A DNA stretch of 62,778 bases, filler included, from Sphacelaria rigidula (Eukaryota), in the NCBI GenBank assembly GCA_964200075.2. It is 9 parts of 9 records of this genome, joined end to end, with 100 filler letters (N's around TTAATTAATTAA, not from the genome) between each part and the next. Parts side by side here need not be neighbours in the genome. Positions count along the whole stretch, not along the records: positions 48,909 to 55,793 come from CAXNAA020017578.1; positions 55,894 to 62,778 come from CAXNAA020017579.1; 7 more parts are not named here. One strand, given 5' to 3'. The position numbers and the translations under genes were made by a program. The notes below the pieces were generated by a model, which saw only the letters and a list, made by a program, of their open reading frames with translations, did no database searches and had not been told where the DNA came from. Positions 49,326-62,620 of this stretch are shown in pieces. The stretch's first letter is position 1. Each line of letters begins with the position of its first letter.

Positions 49326-50898
49326 CCCTGAATATTCATCATGGTATGCTTGTGTATCCACCGTAGCCCTCTGCGATGCCGGAGCTTGAATATGATCGAG
49401 TACGTGTGTCATATTGGGGCTATGGTCGGTCATACATGTTGCGCGTGATGTTTTGGTTCACTAATTTGAACTACGGGGGAGGCAGAAGAAGTGATTTTGG
49501 TGGAGACCAGTCACACAATTTTATTGAAGACAGCGCATCAATACGAGAACCTCATGCTCGAAAAGACAAAAGAGACGGCAACACGACATGGACGACATAT
49601 GTATCGATAGCTTCTGTTTGCCGAAGTAACATGTCCAAGTAAGTAAGTCAATCGAAAGTGCCGCACAAAACTAGAGTATGTGCACCGTGTTTGATTCGGC
49701 ATTCAACATAGTACTTAACTTCCAGCTGCTTCTGAGAGGAACCCCTTCCGCTGCTTGCGGAGTGCAGTTCTATTTTGTGACCCATGTGGTTCGGATTCAG
49801 CAGCATTTTGTCCAACCCTCAGCCACGCGACGAGAAAAAAAAAAAAAACGCAAATGAACCAAAGACGAAGACAAGTGAAGTTTCACAGCCAAAGGGGTTA
49901 CTGGCCGCCCCAGATTTCCTTCATACGCTGTGTGTGTATCGCGTTGCACGGTGATGCAGGGGGTAATTTTCTGCATATTATTATCATGAACGTGCTTTTC
50001 AGGATAGTCCGTGGTAAGGTGAAGTGAATGCTGTACCATGAAAAGGCACTTGCTTTCAAGAAATGCGCAGTATAGGGTCATGTCCCACCCACCACCCTGT
50101 GCAGTGTAAACAGCTGTCCCACCTTTTCAGAGGGAGATTACCTTGGTGTTGAAGCAAAGGACTCCGCCGTGGTAAGCCTGGAGCGTGATTGTTGAACCAT
50201 ATGTGATTGTCGCACCCTGTGGGTGGTTGGGATGCGGGTGACGTATGTATGCGAGTTTGTATGTGTCAATTTTGCGTGTGTGGGTGTATGTGCATTATAA
50301 CTGTGGGACTCTGTGCGCATGTGCTCTGTGCTTGCAGAGAGGAATGTTGTGTGTGATGGACTGGAAACAGGGCTGTATCCAAATTGCGGTGTGCTGTGTT
50401 TCGCTTCAAAGGCTGGGAAGGCTACGATGAAGGGTGGAGATGCAAGGTGTTGTGTACAGTACACTCAGACGTAATCTCTGCGTCGATTTGATTGGTTGAC
50501 TGTTGGCTGGTTAGTTAGTTGACTGCGTGTTTCATGGATTGATTGAATGCGTGAGTGAGTGAGTGAGTGAGTGAGTGTGTGATAGTCGCACGTTAACTGG
50601 TGAGCTATGAATACACTCATGTCACACGGTTGAAGTTGTAGCGAATCAGTTACTCTGCGTCAACCATTCAACAGTTCAACCCATCAATCGACCAATCAGA
50701 TCAATGTAGAGGTTATGTCCAGAGTGCCTTAAAAAAAACAAGTACGGCGTTGACTTTTGAGCAATCTCTATACGAATACCTATGATGGAGAGGAATAGAG
50801 ATTGCATTGCATTATCATAGCCAGGACGTTCACACATATCTTCTATACTAGAAAACACGTATAACTGACGAAAACAGAGATACTCAGAAGATATTTTA

Positions 50899-51498
50899 CT
50901 TCATCTGTCCCATAAGTAAAGGTACCTAAATTTGTACGGGCCCTTAACGATGTCCGATCGTTTGTTGGTTTTTTAATCAACTCTACGGTGTTTTTTGGGT
51001 CAAGAAAATGTGTTCAAAATTTGCAGCTCGTGCTTGAACCATGCCGCCGAACGGCTGCAAAAAAGCTGGTCTGCCCAAAAACGGCCATTTTTCGCTCGTT
51101 TCCCCAGGAAAGCATGATAGACCCGGGAGCACGAAAAATGGCAAAAATGGGCCAGAAAATGTGAAAATCGCGAAACCACCATTAATTTTGGACATGTCTG
51201 TGATATTAACCTATGTACGCCCCATCCAATATTTTGTTAGCATGTAATTGCTAGTGCTCAAGACGTGAAAACGTCCAAAAGCGGTCAATGATGGGGAGAA
51301 AATGGATCAAAAAGGGCCAAAATCGGGCATATCGTGACCCATTTTTAGCATAGAAGTATAGCTTCGTTTTTTTTTCCTTCGACAAGCTTCGTCTGCGCTT
51401 CGCCTTTCTAACAAACCCAACCACAATATCGTCGCCACCACTGGCATACCTAAACAATGTATCGCCGTTAGGTACCTTTACTTATGGGACAGAGGAAG
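50899..51498. mobile_element. 600-bp Tc1/mariner-type (Stowaway-like) MITE
   Basis: 31-bp TIR CTTC(A/C)TCTGTCCCATAAGTAAAGGTACCTAA (30/31 match), TA on both flanks. Confidence 0.88.
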
Positions 51499-52715
51499 TA
51501 CCATACTGCGTGGTTAAGGCGCCAACGTGTTGCGATATGATTTTCCACACATGTGAACAATATCATGTTTCATCACCACATCACGGGTGCTACAGTCAGA
51601 TAGATACTGCCTCTGCATCCCCCTCGACAAATAGAGAATTAATACAAAATATACACGGCAAGCAGTCAACATCTAGCTCGTACAATACTGCAAATTTAAC
51701 ATTCGAGTATCGTCATCATCCTATTGGCCGTGTATTTATGTCTTGAAGTTTTTGCATAACTTCGTCATAGGTGTACCTTGTTGAATCCTCCCCCCCGACC
51801 CTCGCTGCCGAAACAAACCGCGGGCGAGTGCAGACGGCGCTCCATGGTCGACAAAGGGGCCGCAGCCGTCGGGGAACCTGTTCTTTCTTCTGCCGCCCCC
51901 ATGGGCGCTTCGTGGGATTTTTCTGCGATGACTCTGGCCGCTGCTTCCGCGTACCAAGCTTCCCTCACTCTGTTAGAGTTTTCGGAGCAGGGGGTGAAAT
52001 TATTGGGGGCTTTGCAGGTGAAAGATATTATCACGCCGACATTTCGTTGTATGTGCGATGCTGATGTGAACAAATGTAAACGAAGAATTGTTCAGCCTGG
52101 TATCTACTCCGTGCTGATCAAGCCGTTCACTTACTGACTTACTTTACGTACTTGTTTGATCATCCGCGTATTCAACTCCTGTACACCGGTGATTGACCGC
52201 GGGTGTTGGTCATCTGCGGTCGCCCGAGCAGCTCTGACGGAGCATATGAAGCTTTAAAAACCTATTTGTAACAAAGCACTCCGCGGGCCAGTCACAGCTT
52301 CCCTCATGACAAAAAGTGACACCGTGACCGGAACATAGCAGAGATAGAGAAGATACCGCAGCGGGTAGTACAAGAGTAGTCCAGGTTTCCCCCTGTCCCT
52401 AAGTAGGGCGGAAGTCTAACTTACTTCTAAAGTCGGTCATTATGATATCCCATCCTCCCCCTCCCCTCCCTCCCTATCCTTGAATGACTTGTACCAAGAC
52501 CTCAGTTTGGGTCGCTCTCCACCACATCCTGCTGAAGCCGTGGGAATGCCACGATACTGCCGACCAATGAATGGCCACTATATATTTCATCGACTGTTGA
52601 GCTGACGAATCTTACTCTCCGTTCGACCCGCACACACGTTGTGCCATTCTCTAACTTCTCAATACCTTCCGTCATTCTTCTTTACCTCGATCAACGGACT
52701 CACTCCCTCACTCAC

Positions 52716-53107
52716 CCGTACGCGCCTCCGCGCGGTACGACCCCAACTCCCATGTCCCCCAGTCCCGTCGGATCGCCGTCACCTCCTCTACCACCGATCG
52801 CACCGATCCCATGAGACGCTGCGGCAAACCTCGCTAGAAACGCAACCGTCTTCCCTACGGTCCTCAGAGATACTGCACCCTCTCCCACAGCCGTCGTCGC
52901 CTGCAGCCCCGCCGCACACGACATCGTTGCAGTTCCATCTGCTTTTACTGCGCCCCCTGGTTGTTGGGTGTGGGTGCTGTTGCTGCTGGTGGTGGTGGCA
53001 AAGTCACCCCAGGTGTTGGTTTTGATGGGGGTAGCGGCAGTTCTCCCGCTTGCCATGGCCCGTATGATCTTGACATGCCGCTTGGCACACGGAAGGCTTA
53101 GGTGGGA
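52716..53107 (-). CDS. probable exon of unknown low-complexity protein
   Basis: TTCAG| acceptor, stop-free Gly/Ala/Thr-rich frame, donor GG|GTGAGT; phase link to neighbouring exons not resolved. Confidence 0.45.
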
Positions 53108-53255
53108 CTGAAGTTCGTCGATCACGAATGGGGGGTAGGTGGGGGCCGGGGGGGGGGGGGGGGGGGGGGGGGGAGTGAACTCATGTTTTCGAAAGGTGGG
53201 GCGGGATTGTTGGGTGNNNNNNNNNNGTGTGCGGCGGGACGGGGCGGGGTTCCGT

Positions 53256-53298
<43 letters not shown>

Positions 53299-53651
53299 GT
53301 GGGGAGGAAGTGAACTTATGTTTCCGAAAGTTAGTGCTGTATTGTTGGATGAGCGTCCGACACCTGTGCGGCTGCCATCATAAATACTTGTCATCATCGG
53401 GAAGGTGCACGGGCAAGCATCGCTGGATCGTGAAGTGGATGGAGGGTAACTCGGTGGAAACAGGGTCTGCGGGAGGAGGGTGGAGCTGAACATAAGGAAT
53501 TGATCATATTCGCGTATCTGTGTGCAAATACAGTGCTCGGGGAAGTAGGCTGACCCGAAGAGGCGCATGAGTGATAGGTGAGAGGATGGATGGATGAAGA
53601 TCACCGCAGTTAAAATGGGCACGCGCTGTCACCAAACCCCTGCAACTGCAT

Positions 53652-53775
53652 GAAGTAGGGAGCTTGTTCCATGATGTGGACGTGTTTACCCCGTGATATC
53701 TCGGTGGTCAAAGAAGTGGGGAGTTTGTTCCATGATGTGGACGTGCTCACCCCGTGATATCTCGGTGGTCAAAGA
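53652..53775 (+). repeat. tandem duplication, 61-bp unit x2
   Basis: GAAGT.GGGAG.TTGTTCCATGATGTGGACGTG.T.ACCCCGTGATATCTCGGTGGTCAAAGA twice. Confidence 0.9.
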
Positions 53776-54870
53776 CATCGAGCTCGGTCGAGGGAGCCAT
53801 CTTGCTGCTCCGTGTAGAGAAAGTGTGATCCTCTACTATGAACAGCAAGGTACAAGTATTCACATGGAGAAGCGGCCACCCCGCACCATAACGGTGATGA
53901 CACCATCGTTCAAACACCCAGGAAGAGCAAATAAGTCTCAGAGCATTTGAATGTAAGGGCCCCACTAGGGTCCTGAATGCGCACTGGCATGTATGCTCTT
54001 TCCTAGTTGCTTGCTGGTGCTCCGGGGGGAGACACGTGGACGCTGTGCGCTGTACATAGCCGATTTACTCAACAATATTCCTGCTGGCTACGGGGTTCTA
54101 CGAGGTATATATTTTTCCTAGCAAACAGTATGTCTTCTCCATTTGTGCCAACCGGTGTGCTGTGTTGTATTTCCCGCCAAGCACACGCGTACCCAGTTAA
54201 GTGTCTTGGCCGGAACAAGCGAGAAATCAACAGTTACGCCTGGCCGTGGACAGCTTTTGTGTATAAACGAACAATAACGCCCGGACCCTCTAGCACCAAG
54301 ATCCTCGTAAATAGCTGACGACTAAATAAACGAGTATTGAAAAAAACTCTTGCACGACCCCTATTACACAATTTTTTGCAGTGTATAGACACACACGTAT
54401 GTATGTTCGCCTATGAGCAGGCTAGGGACGATTTTAGTCAGACATTACAGCTGCATTCAGCGCTGGTTGGTTGGTTGGTTGGTTGGTTGGTGTCATTGAT
54501 TCTTTGCCATTGATGTCTTAATTGTCGCACAAATCTGATTAGGATAGGCGAACGTACAACAAGATGAGGAAATGCAAACAGAAGCTCTCAAGAGAAAACC
54601 CGGGAAAATGGTGGAGGGGGGGACGGAGGGGGGGACGGAGGGGGGGGCGGAAAAAAGAAATTGGGAAAGGGCGGGGGAACAATTGCAAAAGATTNNNNNN
54701 NNNNAAAAGAAAAAAAAGAACAAGAGAGAAAGAGCGAGAAAAAAGGGGGGGGGGGGGGGGGGGGGGGGGAAGGGGGGGGGGGGCGAAAAAAAGAATTGGG
54801 AAAAGGACGGCGTAACATTGACATAGATTTCTCCAAAAGGTGTCTACTTTGATAACACACAGTCGCGTAC

Positions 54871-55316
54871 CTTCTCCACGACGCGAGCTCCAACCCTGCG
54901 CCCGGCCGCCTCCGCCCTTGTCTCAATGCCATCTAACGCGGAACTGAGTTTGGACACACGATCCGTCCGGCCCCTTCTAGTGCCCCCGCCTTGAACACCG
55001 ACGACGCCTGTGCTCGCGCGTTCACCATTAGCGCCTCGTCTCGCGGCCACTACTCCCGTACCGCCACCACCCAATCCGATTGCCTTGTCCGTCGACCATG
55101 GTTTGCCCGGCGGCTCCGAGCGGGGGGAAGAAACGCAGCCCCCCCCGCCTCCACCGCCGTGAGCAGGCGCGACGGTTGGTCGGCTGTGGGTGCGATCGTT
55201 TTTGCCGCCACTGGTGCTGGTGCTGCTGCTGGTTGTGCCTGTGGTGTTGCCACTGTTGTTGTTGTTGTTGTTGTTGTTGTGTCGTCTAGACTTTTGGGGT
55301 ACGGCGTGCATCGGAG
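54871..55316 (-). CDS. probable exon of unknown low-complexity protein (poly-Asn, Gly-rich)
   Basis: acceptor CCCTACCTGCAG|, open frame, donor GAGAAG|GTACGC. Confidence 0.55.
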
Positions 55317-55793
55317 CTGCAGGTAGGGCAGTTGAAGAAGAGGACTGCCTGTGTCGAGAGGTTAATTGATAGGATCAACCGGTGAATTGATCGATTGATC
55401 ATCTCACAGGAACATTTTTTTCTGCGAGCCCAGCCGCGGTCAGTAGCGAGGTATATGTTCTGTACTCGAGTTGGATGCATCGGAACCCTCGCTCAACGCA
55501 GAGAATTCAAGAGGAAAGGGGGCAAGGAAAGAGAAACACGAATGCAACAAGTAGACTACCGGAGGAGAAGGTGGCCTGTGTCGAAAGGGGGAGGGTGGGG
55601 GAGGGGCGTACTCATTATGCTCGTTATTGTACTCATTAGAGTGTGTGGGGGGGTGTACTCATGATCATGCATGCCATAGTCATCAGACCATTGACGGGTG
55701 TGTGTGTGGGGGGGGGGGGGGGGAGTCATTTGTTGATTGCGTTGGGGGGTTGACCGTGGACCCCGCCTCCCTTTCGAGAAGGAGCAATCAGAA

Positions 55794-55893
55794 NNNNNNN
55801 NNNNNNNNNNNNNNNNNNNNNNNNNNNNNNNNNNNNNTTAATTAATTAANNNNNNNNNNNNNNNNNNNNNNNNNNNNNNNNNNNNNNNNNNNN
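55794..55893. other. artificial contig spacer
   Basis: same 100-nt linker. Confidence 0.98.
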
Positions 55894-56217
55894 CCGGGCT
55901 GCGGACCGCCGGTGCCTTGCCGTCAGGGGAGGCGGACCCGGAAAGCGTGAGGCCGCTGGCGGGGGGGGGGGGATGCGCCGTGTTCAAGACAGACATACGG
56001 TTTACTCCGGGGTAAAAAATGCGCTAGAATCCACGTACAGTGGCTCAGCTCGAAATTATAGACTACAATGAGACGGAAGAAAAATTGTTCCGCAGACCAC
56101 GAAGTTTGCGACCGATAAGGTCGTACGCCACGGGAACGAGCCGGCGCGTCGTCTGCCGAGACCGAAAAACACCAACATGGCCAGCTGCAACAGAAAACCA
56201 AGGGAACGCCACAATAC

Positions 56218-56724
56218 CTGGTAGTAGTCCTGATCATAACCGCCGGTGCCGCTTCGACGCTCACGCCCGCCACGGGAATTGCTCCCGTTGCCGAGTCCCT
56301 GAGGCCCGCGCACACCCCCACTACCGAGGTGTCCGTGCTTAGCATCTGCAGCGACCGCGGAGTGTCCAAGATGGAAATCGGCGGGGTGACGCCCAGGTAA
56401 GGCCGCCGCCGCTGTATGTTCACGTGCCCGTAGGTGCGGCGATCGGGATACGGCCGTGTGGCTACGGTGGTGGGTGAGGGTGTGAGGGTTGTGCTGGGAC
56501 GACGGCGGAAACCGGTGGTCATTTACGGGGCTACCGGGCACCATACGGGGCTTTCGGCCGCACCCGCCACCGCTCCCGGTGCCGATCACTTCGCTTCTCG
56601 CTCTATTCAACCGCATGTGGTATCCAGGTGGCGGGGGTTGGTCGTCTCGAGGATCGAACCCTCTACTTCCTGTCATACTGCGGGGTCGATGCCTAAATTC
56701 GTCCCTGCCCCTGTAGTGGGCCGC
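56218..56724 (-). CDS. exon of Gly/Arg/His-rich disordered protein
   Basis: acceptor TTCACCGCAG|, 169 codons phase 0/0, donor TACCAG|GTATTG. Confidence 0.65.
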
Positions 56725-57042
56725 CTGCGGTGAACAGGCGGACAGGCGAATGTGAGTATGACGGAAGGGCGTGGGGATACTCTCCTGTGCTTTTCCTTGC
56801 GCACGTCAATTTTTGAGCACCCGAAATGGGCACCTGAGTAAGACCATCATATATATATATAAACAAGAAAAAATCGAAGCGGCACATGTGAAATATTGCG
56901 CACCCTGTACAACTATTTAGTTGCTCATTTTGATCCGAAACGAAATGTCCCTCTACAGCGGGCATGAATCTAATCATGGACCTGTTTTTCTTGGCAGCGT
57001 AACTTGCGGAGAAAAAATGCGAGAACCGAAAATAAAATAAAA

Positions 57043-57127
57043 TGACCCAGGTGAGACTCGAACCCGCAACTTCGGGCGATCCAAGCAAATTCCAGACAGC
57101 TAAATAGTTGATGCTATTTTAGCGACT
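57043..57127 (-). mobile_element. tRNA-like/SINE-like intronic repeat
   Basis: minus-strand B-box GGTTCGAGTC; no canonical cloverleaf. Confidence 0.4.
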
Positions 57128-57494
57128 ATTTCATTGTTTTTTTCCTTCCAGGAGGCGAGTTCGAATCTTCCAGAAGTCGTTTTTTTCGTTGTTTCCCCTC
57201 TTCCGCTTCCACGTCAATATATATATATATATATATATATATGTGATTCCTTGCTTCGTGTGTCGACGTCAGTCAGCCACAAAGTTAGTACACAGGGTGT
57301 GAAATATTGTACTGCGCCGATGATCTTGACAGATGTACCTGCACTACGAGTATCACGAGAGGATTGCAACGCTAACGGTCACCCATGAACATGGGGGCTT
57401 TTAAAGGGCCCCAAGATTGCGCTCGACACGCCACGGGTGACAAATGGTTCCCACGAGAATGGACAATCGCCTGCCAATCAAAACGAACACTAAC

Positions 57495-58482
57495 CTCGTC
57501 ATCGAAGCCAACGGCACCGCTGCCGCCGCCGGAGGTTGCAATATATCCCCTGTCAAGGTGCGCAGACCTGGACCTCTCGGGTGGCGGGTACATCCGCTCC
57601 ACCCCACGCTCGCGCTCATGATTGCGATGGCGACTTCCGAACCCATCGACACGACCGTAATGGTCACCAGGGCCGACAACAACTTCCTGACCACCTCCAC
57701 CCTCGCGTCGGCGCCGATCAGCCTCCATCAACGGATGATCGGCCGGGTGCGCGTGCACACGTCTGCGCCGGCTTCCACCCCCACCCCCACCCCCGCGGGT
57801 GAGATGATCCCACTGGGGATCAAACAAGTTCGCATGAATAACCCCCCCACGCCCACCAGCACTGCCTGGACCATGACCGCCGAACGCCTCACCCCTTCCC
57901 CCGCTTCCGCCCCTTCCGCCGCCGACGTGGAGCATGTCATCTGGATGCGGTCTGAGGCTGGGACTCGCGCTCGCGGAGTAATAGCCACCGCTACCACCGC
58001 CCCCGGCCGCTCGACCACCGCCGCCAGGAGAGGCGCGATCTTTGCCGGGACCAACACCTCTGCCGCCGTGGTCATTGCGCTGGCCGTAAACATGATGCAC
58101 ACGTTCATTGCCTCGGCCGCGGCCACCGCCGACCGCCGGGGCCCCCGGCTCGACAACCGCACGCTCGAAATCATGTTGATAGTCAACCGTTGTGCCTCCG
58201 CTGCCCCGAGAGGTTACGGAGCGAGGTTGCGAGGACGAGCGAGGTTGGCGCTGGGGGTGCTCATTGGTTTCGCTCCACACCCCACCTCCAGCACTACCGT
58301 CGCCTGAGGTGGCCGCCGAGGCGGCCAGCAAGCCGCCCGCTCTGCCATCTCGAGGGGAAGGGCTTGCGCTGGAGTATCCGTCTCGGCTTCCGGGGTCGGC
58401 CGTGCTGCCGCCACCCGGGGCACTGCCGGTTCCACCGGTGTGTGCACTGGGTGGGGAGTACTGGTTGTCCGGGCGGGGTGAC
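57495..58482 (-). CDS. large exon of the same Gly/Arg/His-rich protein
   Basis: acceptor GAGCAG|G (phase 2), about 329 stop-free codons, donor GACGAG|GTTAGT (phase 0) matching the next exon. Confidence 0.7.
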
Positions 58483-59496
58483 CTGCTCGCGCAGTTGAGG
58501 GGGTGTTTGTGGGCATGAGCGCACTGGTTTTACGCTGAAAAGGACGTGAGCTTGTCGCGGAGGCGAAGCAACCTCCACGCACCCGCCTTGCGTGTCTTCC
58601 CCGATCATAGCACCCGACTACAACTGAAGCACTAAAGAAGACGCAATAGACAGCTGCAAAGCCGTCGCGTGATTGTTTCAAATCTGTCACGGCAGCACTT
58701 TAATCCTACCCCAATTCTGTACAGACCGAAGCACGGCATACAGCAGTACAGCTGTTCAGGCATTTTTCAGTGCACTCCACACAAAGTCCGTCGTGGAGTG
58801 TTCAAATGCACAACAGCGCAGCGACGACTACAACATAGAAATGATGGTTGTGGGAAGCGCCTTGTTCGTTTGACAGAAGACGAAACAGCCAACACATCAT
58901 GACGTTTTCAACGTGTGTAGACAGACAGCACCGCATGCCGACTAGCATCATTTCTTATAGAGACGGACACAGCGACAATGAAACAACTCAGGCAGTCCCA
59001 GCAGAGACCAAACAGTCTTCAGAAAGTTCCACAGACGTACCACAGCGTAGTGACAGCTGCAGCATATGAGGAAGGGCGTGAGAGCGTTTGTGCTGCAGCA
59101 CCGTGAAACAGGACGTGTCCCATGCTTTAGTTCGTCCCCTGATTCAACATGTGTCCTCAATTTTGGCCGAGTGCCGATTTTCGAAAGGCTCGGCCATAAT
59201 GGCGCTTCGCGCGAAAATATTTCATTCCATTTTGAGTTACCCGTATCTGGAATAAGTGACCCGGAATACAGGAGCAGAACAGCTAACCTAACCTCGAAGT
59301 GCGCGAAACATGCCTTGAGGAACTGTGAAGAACAAACAGCATCAGTCACCGTACCACACAGCCGCCACCTCGAAGAACACCCGTAACAACGGGCTGCACG
59401 CTCTACACGTGTTGCCGCAGCCCGATAGCACAAATGATGACAGACCAACAGCAGGCAAAAATCTATTACAGAGTAGAGTGTTGCGCTTCTTCACAC

Positions 59497-59665
59497 CTGT
59501 TCCTTCCGCGTCTGCCACCGCGACGCGTGCGCCGGTGCGGGCGATCACTTCCATCAGGGGTCGGCGAGTTGGGCGCTGAGAGAGCGCCGCCCATCGGACT
59601 TTGGCTGTCCAGTCGTCTTCGTTGGGGAGATGACGGGGGCCCGCGGTTGTCGGCGGCTTTGCCGC
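59497..59665 (-). CDS. upstream exon of the same protein (ends RRTRRGGRRGRNR)
   Basis: acceptor TTACCGCAG|, donor AACAG|GTGTGA in phase 2, compatible with the 58482 acceptor. Confidence 0.55.
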
Positions 59666-62287
59666 CTGCGGTAACGATGAAAAATAAAAAAACATGTGCA
59701 CGTGGCAATTCCATGCCTTTGATCATGAAGGGTTCACATGGCGCCCGTTTCCGGGGAACGCTGCAGGACTACAATACAACAGAGCTCGAGAACGTTCACT
59801 GTGGGGTGTGTATAGGACTCGGGGAATGGCCACTCCATAGTACACGGCTCGCCATTTGCCACCATCACATGCGAGACTCGAGCAAACGATACCTTGTCCG
59901 GTCGAAGCTCCCGTTTAGGCACACGCTAACCTTTTCCGGTCAACGGGAGCAAAATCCTGTGCTGCAGTAGTGGGCGGTCTAATTATTCAGGGGTGTTTTG
60001 GGATTTTCCTCGCGTACCACTCTTCGATAAAAACTCGAAATTGCTAGCGTCGGCAAATTTTGGTACAACAAAACAGATCGTCATCAAAACACAGTGCCCG
60101 AGTCGGTCTTAGTTGGTGTTATCGGGCGAAACGAGTAAATACCCCGTCATCAGGAGGGTGATATTGACCGTGAAACGCAGTTTTTCGGCCCCAGTGCACT
60201 TAGTAGGCAGAATTTCGAAAAAATAAAACTGTACACTTTTGTACAGATATGATCGGGACGGGCTTGATCGACCGAGAATACAGGAGAGTAAGAGCTTGGG
60301 CTGAAACGTGACAGGACCCGCGATGACCGGTCAGCGCGTAAGTCACTCAACACTGAATACATATCATTTTTCTTCGTGAAATGTGGAGCGGATGCAATTA
60401 TCTTGAGATCTCCCATGTGATGAGGGGTGGCGAGCGAAAAGAGCCCATGAAAGTCGCCAATTACGAAAAAATCACAAAATGCCACAAAATGATTAGTTAG
60501 ACCGCCCACTACTGTAGTATCTTCTCATTGTGCTTCCATCTGCGACTGTTGCGTTGAGAACTCAAGCAAACAACTTATCTTTTTCAGTTCAAAGGAATTT
60601 TTCCCGCTTCGGCAAGATGTACCTTTTCCGGTCGACGGTACTAACCCCGTGTCAAAGAGGGAGGCTGGTTAAGCGGCGTTGGGCTACAAATGTCTATGGT
60701 TGATATATTTTACAAGTTATCGCTACCCCTGACCCTAACCCCAACCCAACGCATACCGAGAACCCTTTGGCAAGGACGGTACATACCGTTGCCTAGGCAA
60801 CGTGCCGCCTTTGGATCCCGAATCGGCGCCTGACGATTCCACCGAAAACGCGTTCTGCGCACGCGAGGAGCACGCGGGACTGTCAGCACTACCAAAGATC
60901 CGATTCTCGTCGTACACGCTGAAATCAAGTAATTATCAACCAGGAACATTTGTAGCCCAACGCCCGTCAACTCTACTGACACATACGCACCTCGGGTATT
61001 GCCTCCAGGGCTACCGGGCCTGCCCGAGCCATCGTTTCCTCGGGCACCGGAGTGGAGCACGGGGTGGAGGGGAATGTTGAACGCCTCTTTCGCGAGGCGC
61101 ATCTGCAACACACAGAGGTTAAACGTCACAGGCGGCATGTGAGAATGAAAGCAGGCAGACAGACAACACGGGCTGGCTTTCGAAGGCGCCAGAGAGACTC
61201 ATTGCGGGATCAACGAATGTTGTCCATTTGATCGACCCATCGACTGACTCGCATTTATGGTCCTCCAGGAGCCCAGAAGCTGTGGATAATACAACAGAGG
61301 CGTGACCAGGGTAAGCTAAGGAGAACGCTCGCCGAAGGAAAAACTCGAATGGGAGAAGGATACGACGAAGAACGAGTGAATGAGGAAGACCAACAATGAA
61401 AAATAGAAAATAAGCAGCTGATGTCCCCGGAATGGAGAGAGGAGCCGACAGGACAGACGCGAGAGGGAAAATAAGGAGAGAGCAAGAAAAAAAAAAAAGC
61501 GAAAATGTGCCGATTCGTTTTTTTCAAACTGCTTCATTGCGCACGAATGGCAGTTTATTCGACCTGTTATTGCCAAAAAAATCCTTCCTTTTCGAAGATA
61601 TTGAACGATGATCCGTTCTGTGCACATGGAAGAAACAGAGGCCAGCCCTTAGACCACGAGCTTCGACTCGGAAAAGTTTTGCAGCCTGACAATTCAGAGC
61701 CGTGAGGGAGATCTTCACCGGGCGCGCGGGGGAGGGTGGTTTTGAGGGTCGGAGGGTCGACTGTTGCCTGGAGTAACCGGAAAGCCTACAAAGTCAACCG
61801 TGCGTGTTGAAAACTTCTGTAGGGATTTCTAAGCCAGGATGGAAGCGCAAGGCGAAGGGAGAGATAACTGTGGTGCTGATTGGTCAATTTGGTCACGATG
61901 TACCCTTACAGGACCCCCAATTCGTAGCGTAACCGTATTCAACTATTTGGGTACAATGAAAGGAGGCCCCTTTCGATCTGTGTTTAGTATCTGCGCCCTG
62001 CCTGGACCCTCTTGTGCTGTCAAGATAGCTAGCTGCACACTGTCCGGGGTGCCGTCGTGGAAAACTACGCAGATTTAGCAACAGCGTACAGTAGCAGACT
62101 GTCGTTTGCAGTCGAGAGCGATAGCCCGCTGATTGTACTATCCAGTTGTGTTCAGCCGCCGATGTACACGTTTGGATGTATGATACGGTACAGTAGCATC
62201 TGCAGCAGCAGCAGTCATGCTACGATCGCGGGTGGGTGGGAGACATATTATGGGTCATCTCTTCCACGAATTTTCAATTCAAACTGT

Positions 62288-62620
62288 CGTTAAAATCACA
62301 ACAACAAACAACGTTTCCGTGAGATTGAGAGTAAAGCACTGATAGAGAGTGGCTTTGATCATCCGCTTTGACTTGGCCAATTTTTCATTCTGTGTGTGCT
62401 TTTCTCTGTCTCCATCACTGGCGTGTGCTTACAGCTACACCTCGATATCCTACTCGGGAATATCAAGGGCCTCAGTGGCAAGCTACTACATAAAGCATAT
62501 CGGGCCTCGCGGCGGAGCATTTCGGAACTGGAACGATTCATTCATTACCTGACCGCTTTTCACTCTCAATCGTATCCTTCACACTCAATCTCACGTAAAC
62601 ATCGTTGACGGTTGTTCTAA
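62288..62620. mobile_element. MITE, second copy of the 23801-24215 family
   Basis: CGTGAGATTGAGAGT ... ACTCAATCTCACG; interior is the reverse complement of the contig-4 copy. Confidence 0.7.

Noticed and set aside
51765-52137. Exon on either strand (ORFs 51778+ and 51765-)
   Set aside because: GC-rich and possibly coding, but I could not fix the strand or phase-compatible splice sites
53148-53335. G-quadruplex locus with duplicated motif
   Set aside because: The duplication straddles an N gap between G-runs and is likely an assembly overlap artefact
57444-58307. 287-aa + strand ORF
   Set aside because: Antisense shadow; splice sites and phases support the minus-strand gene
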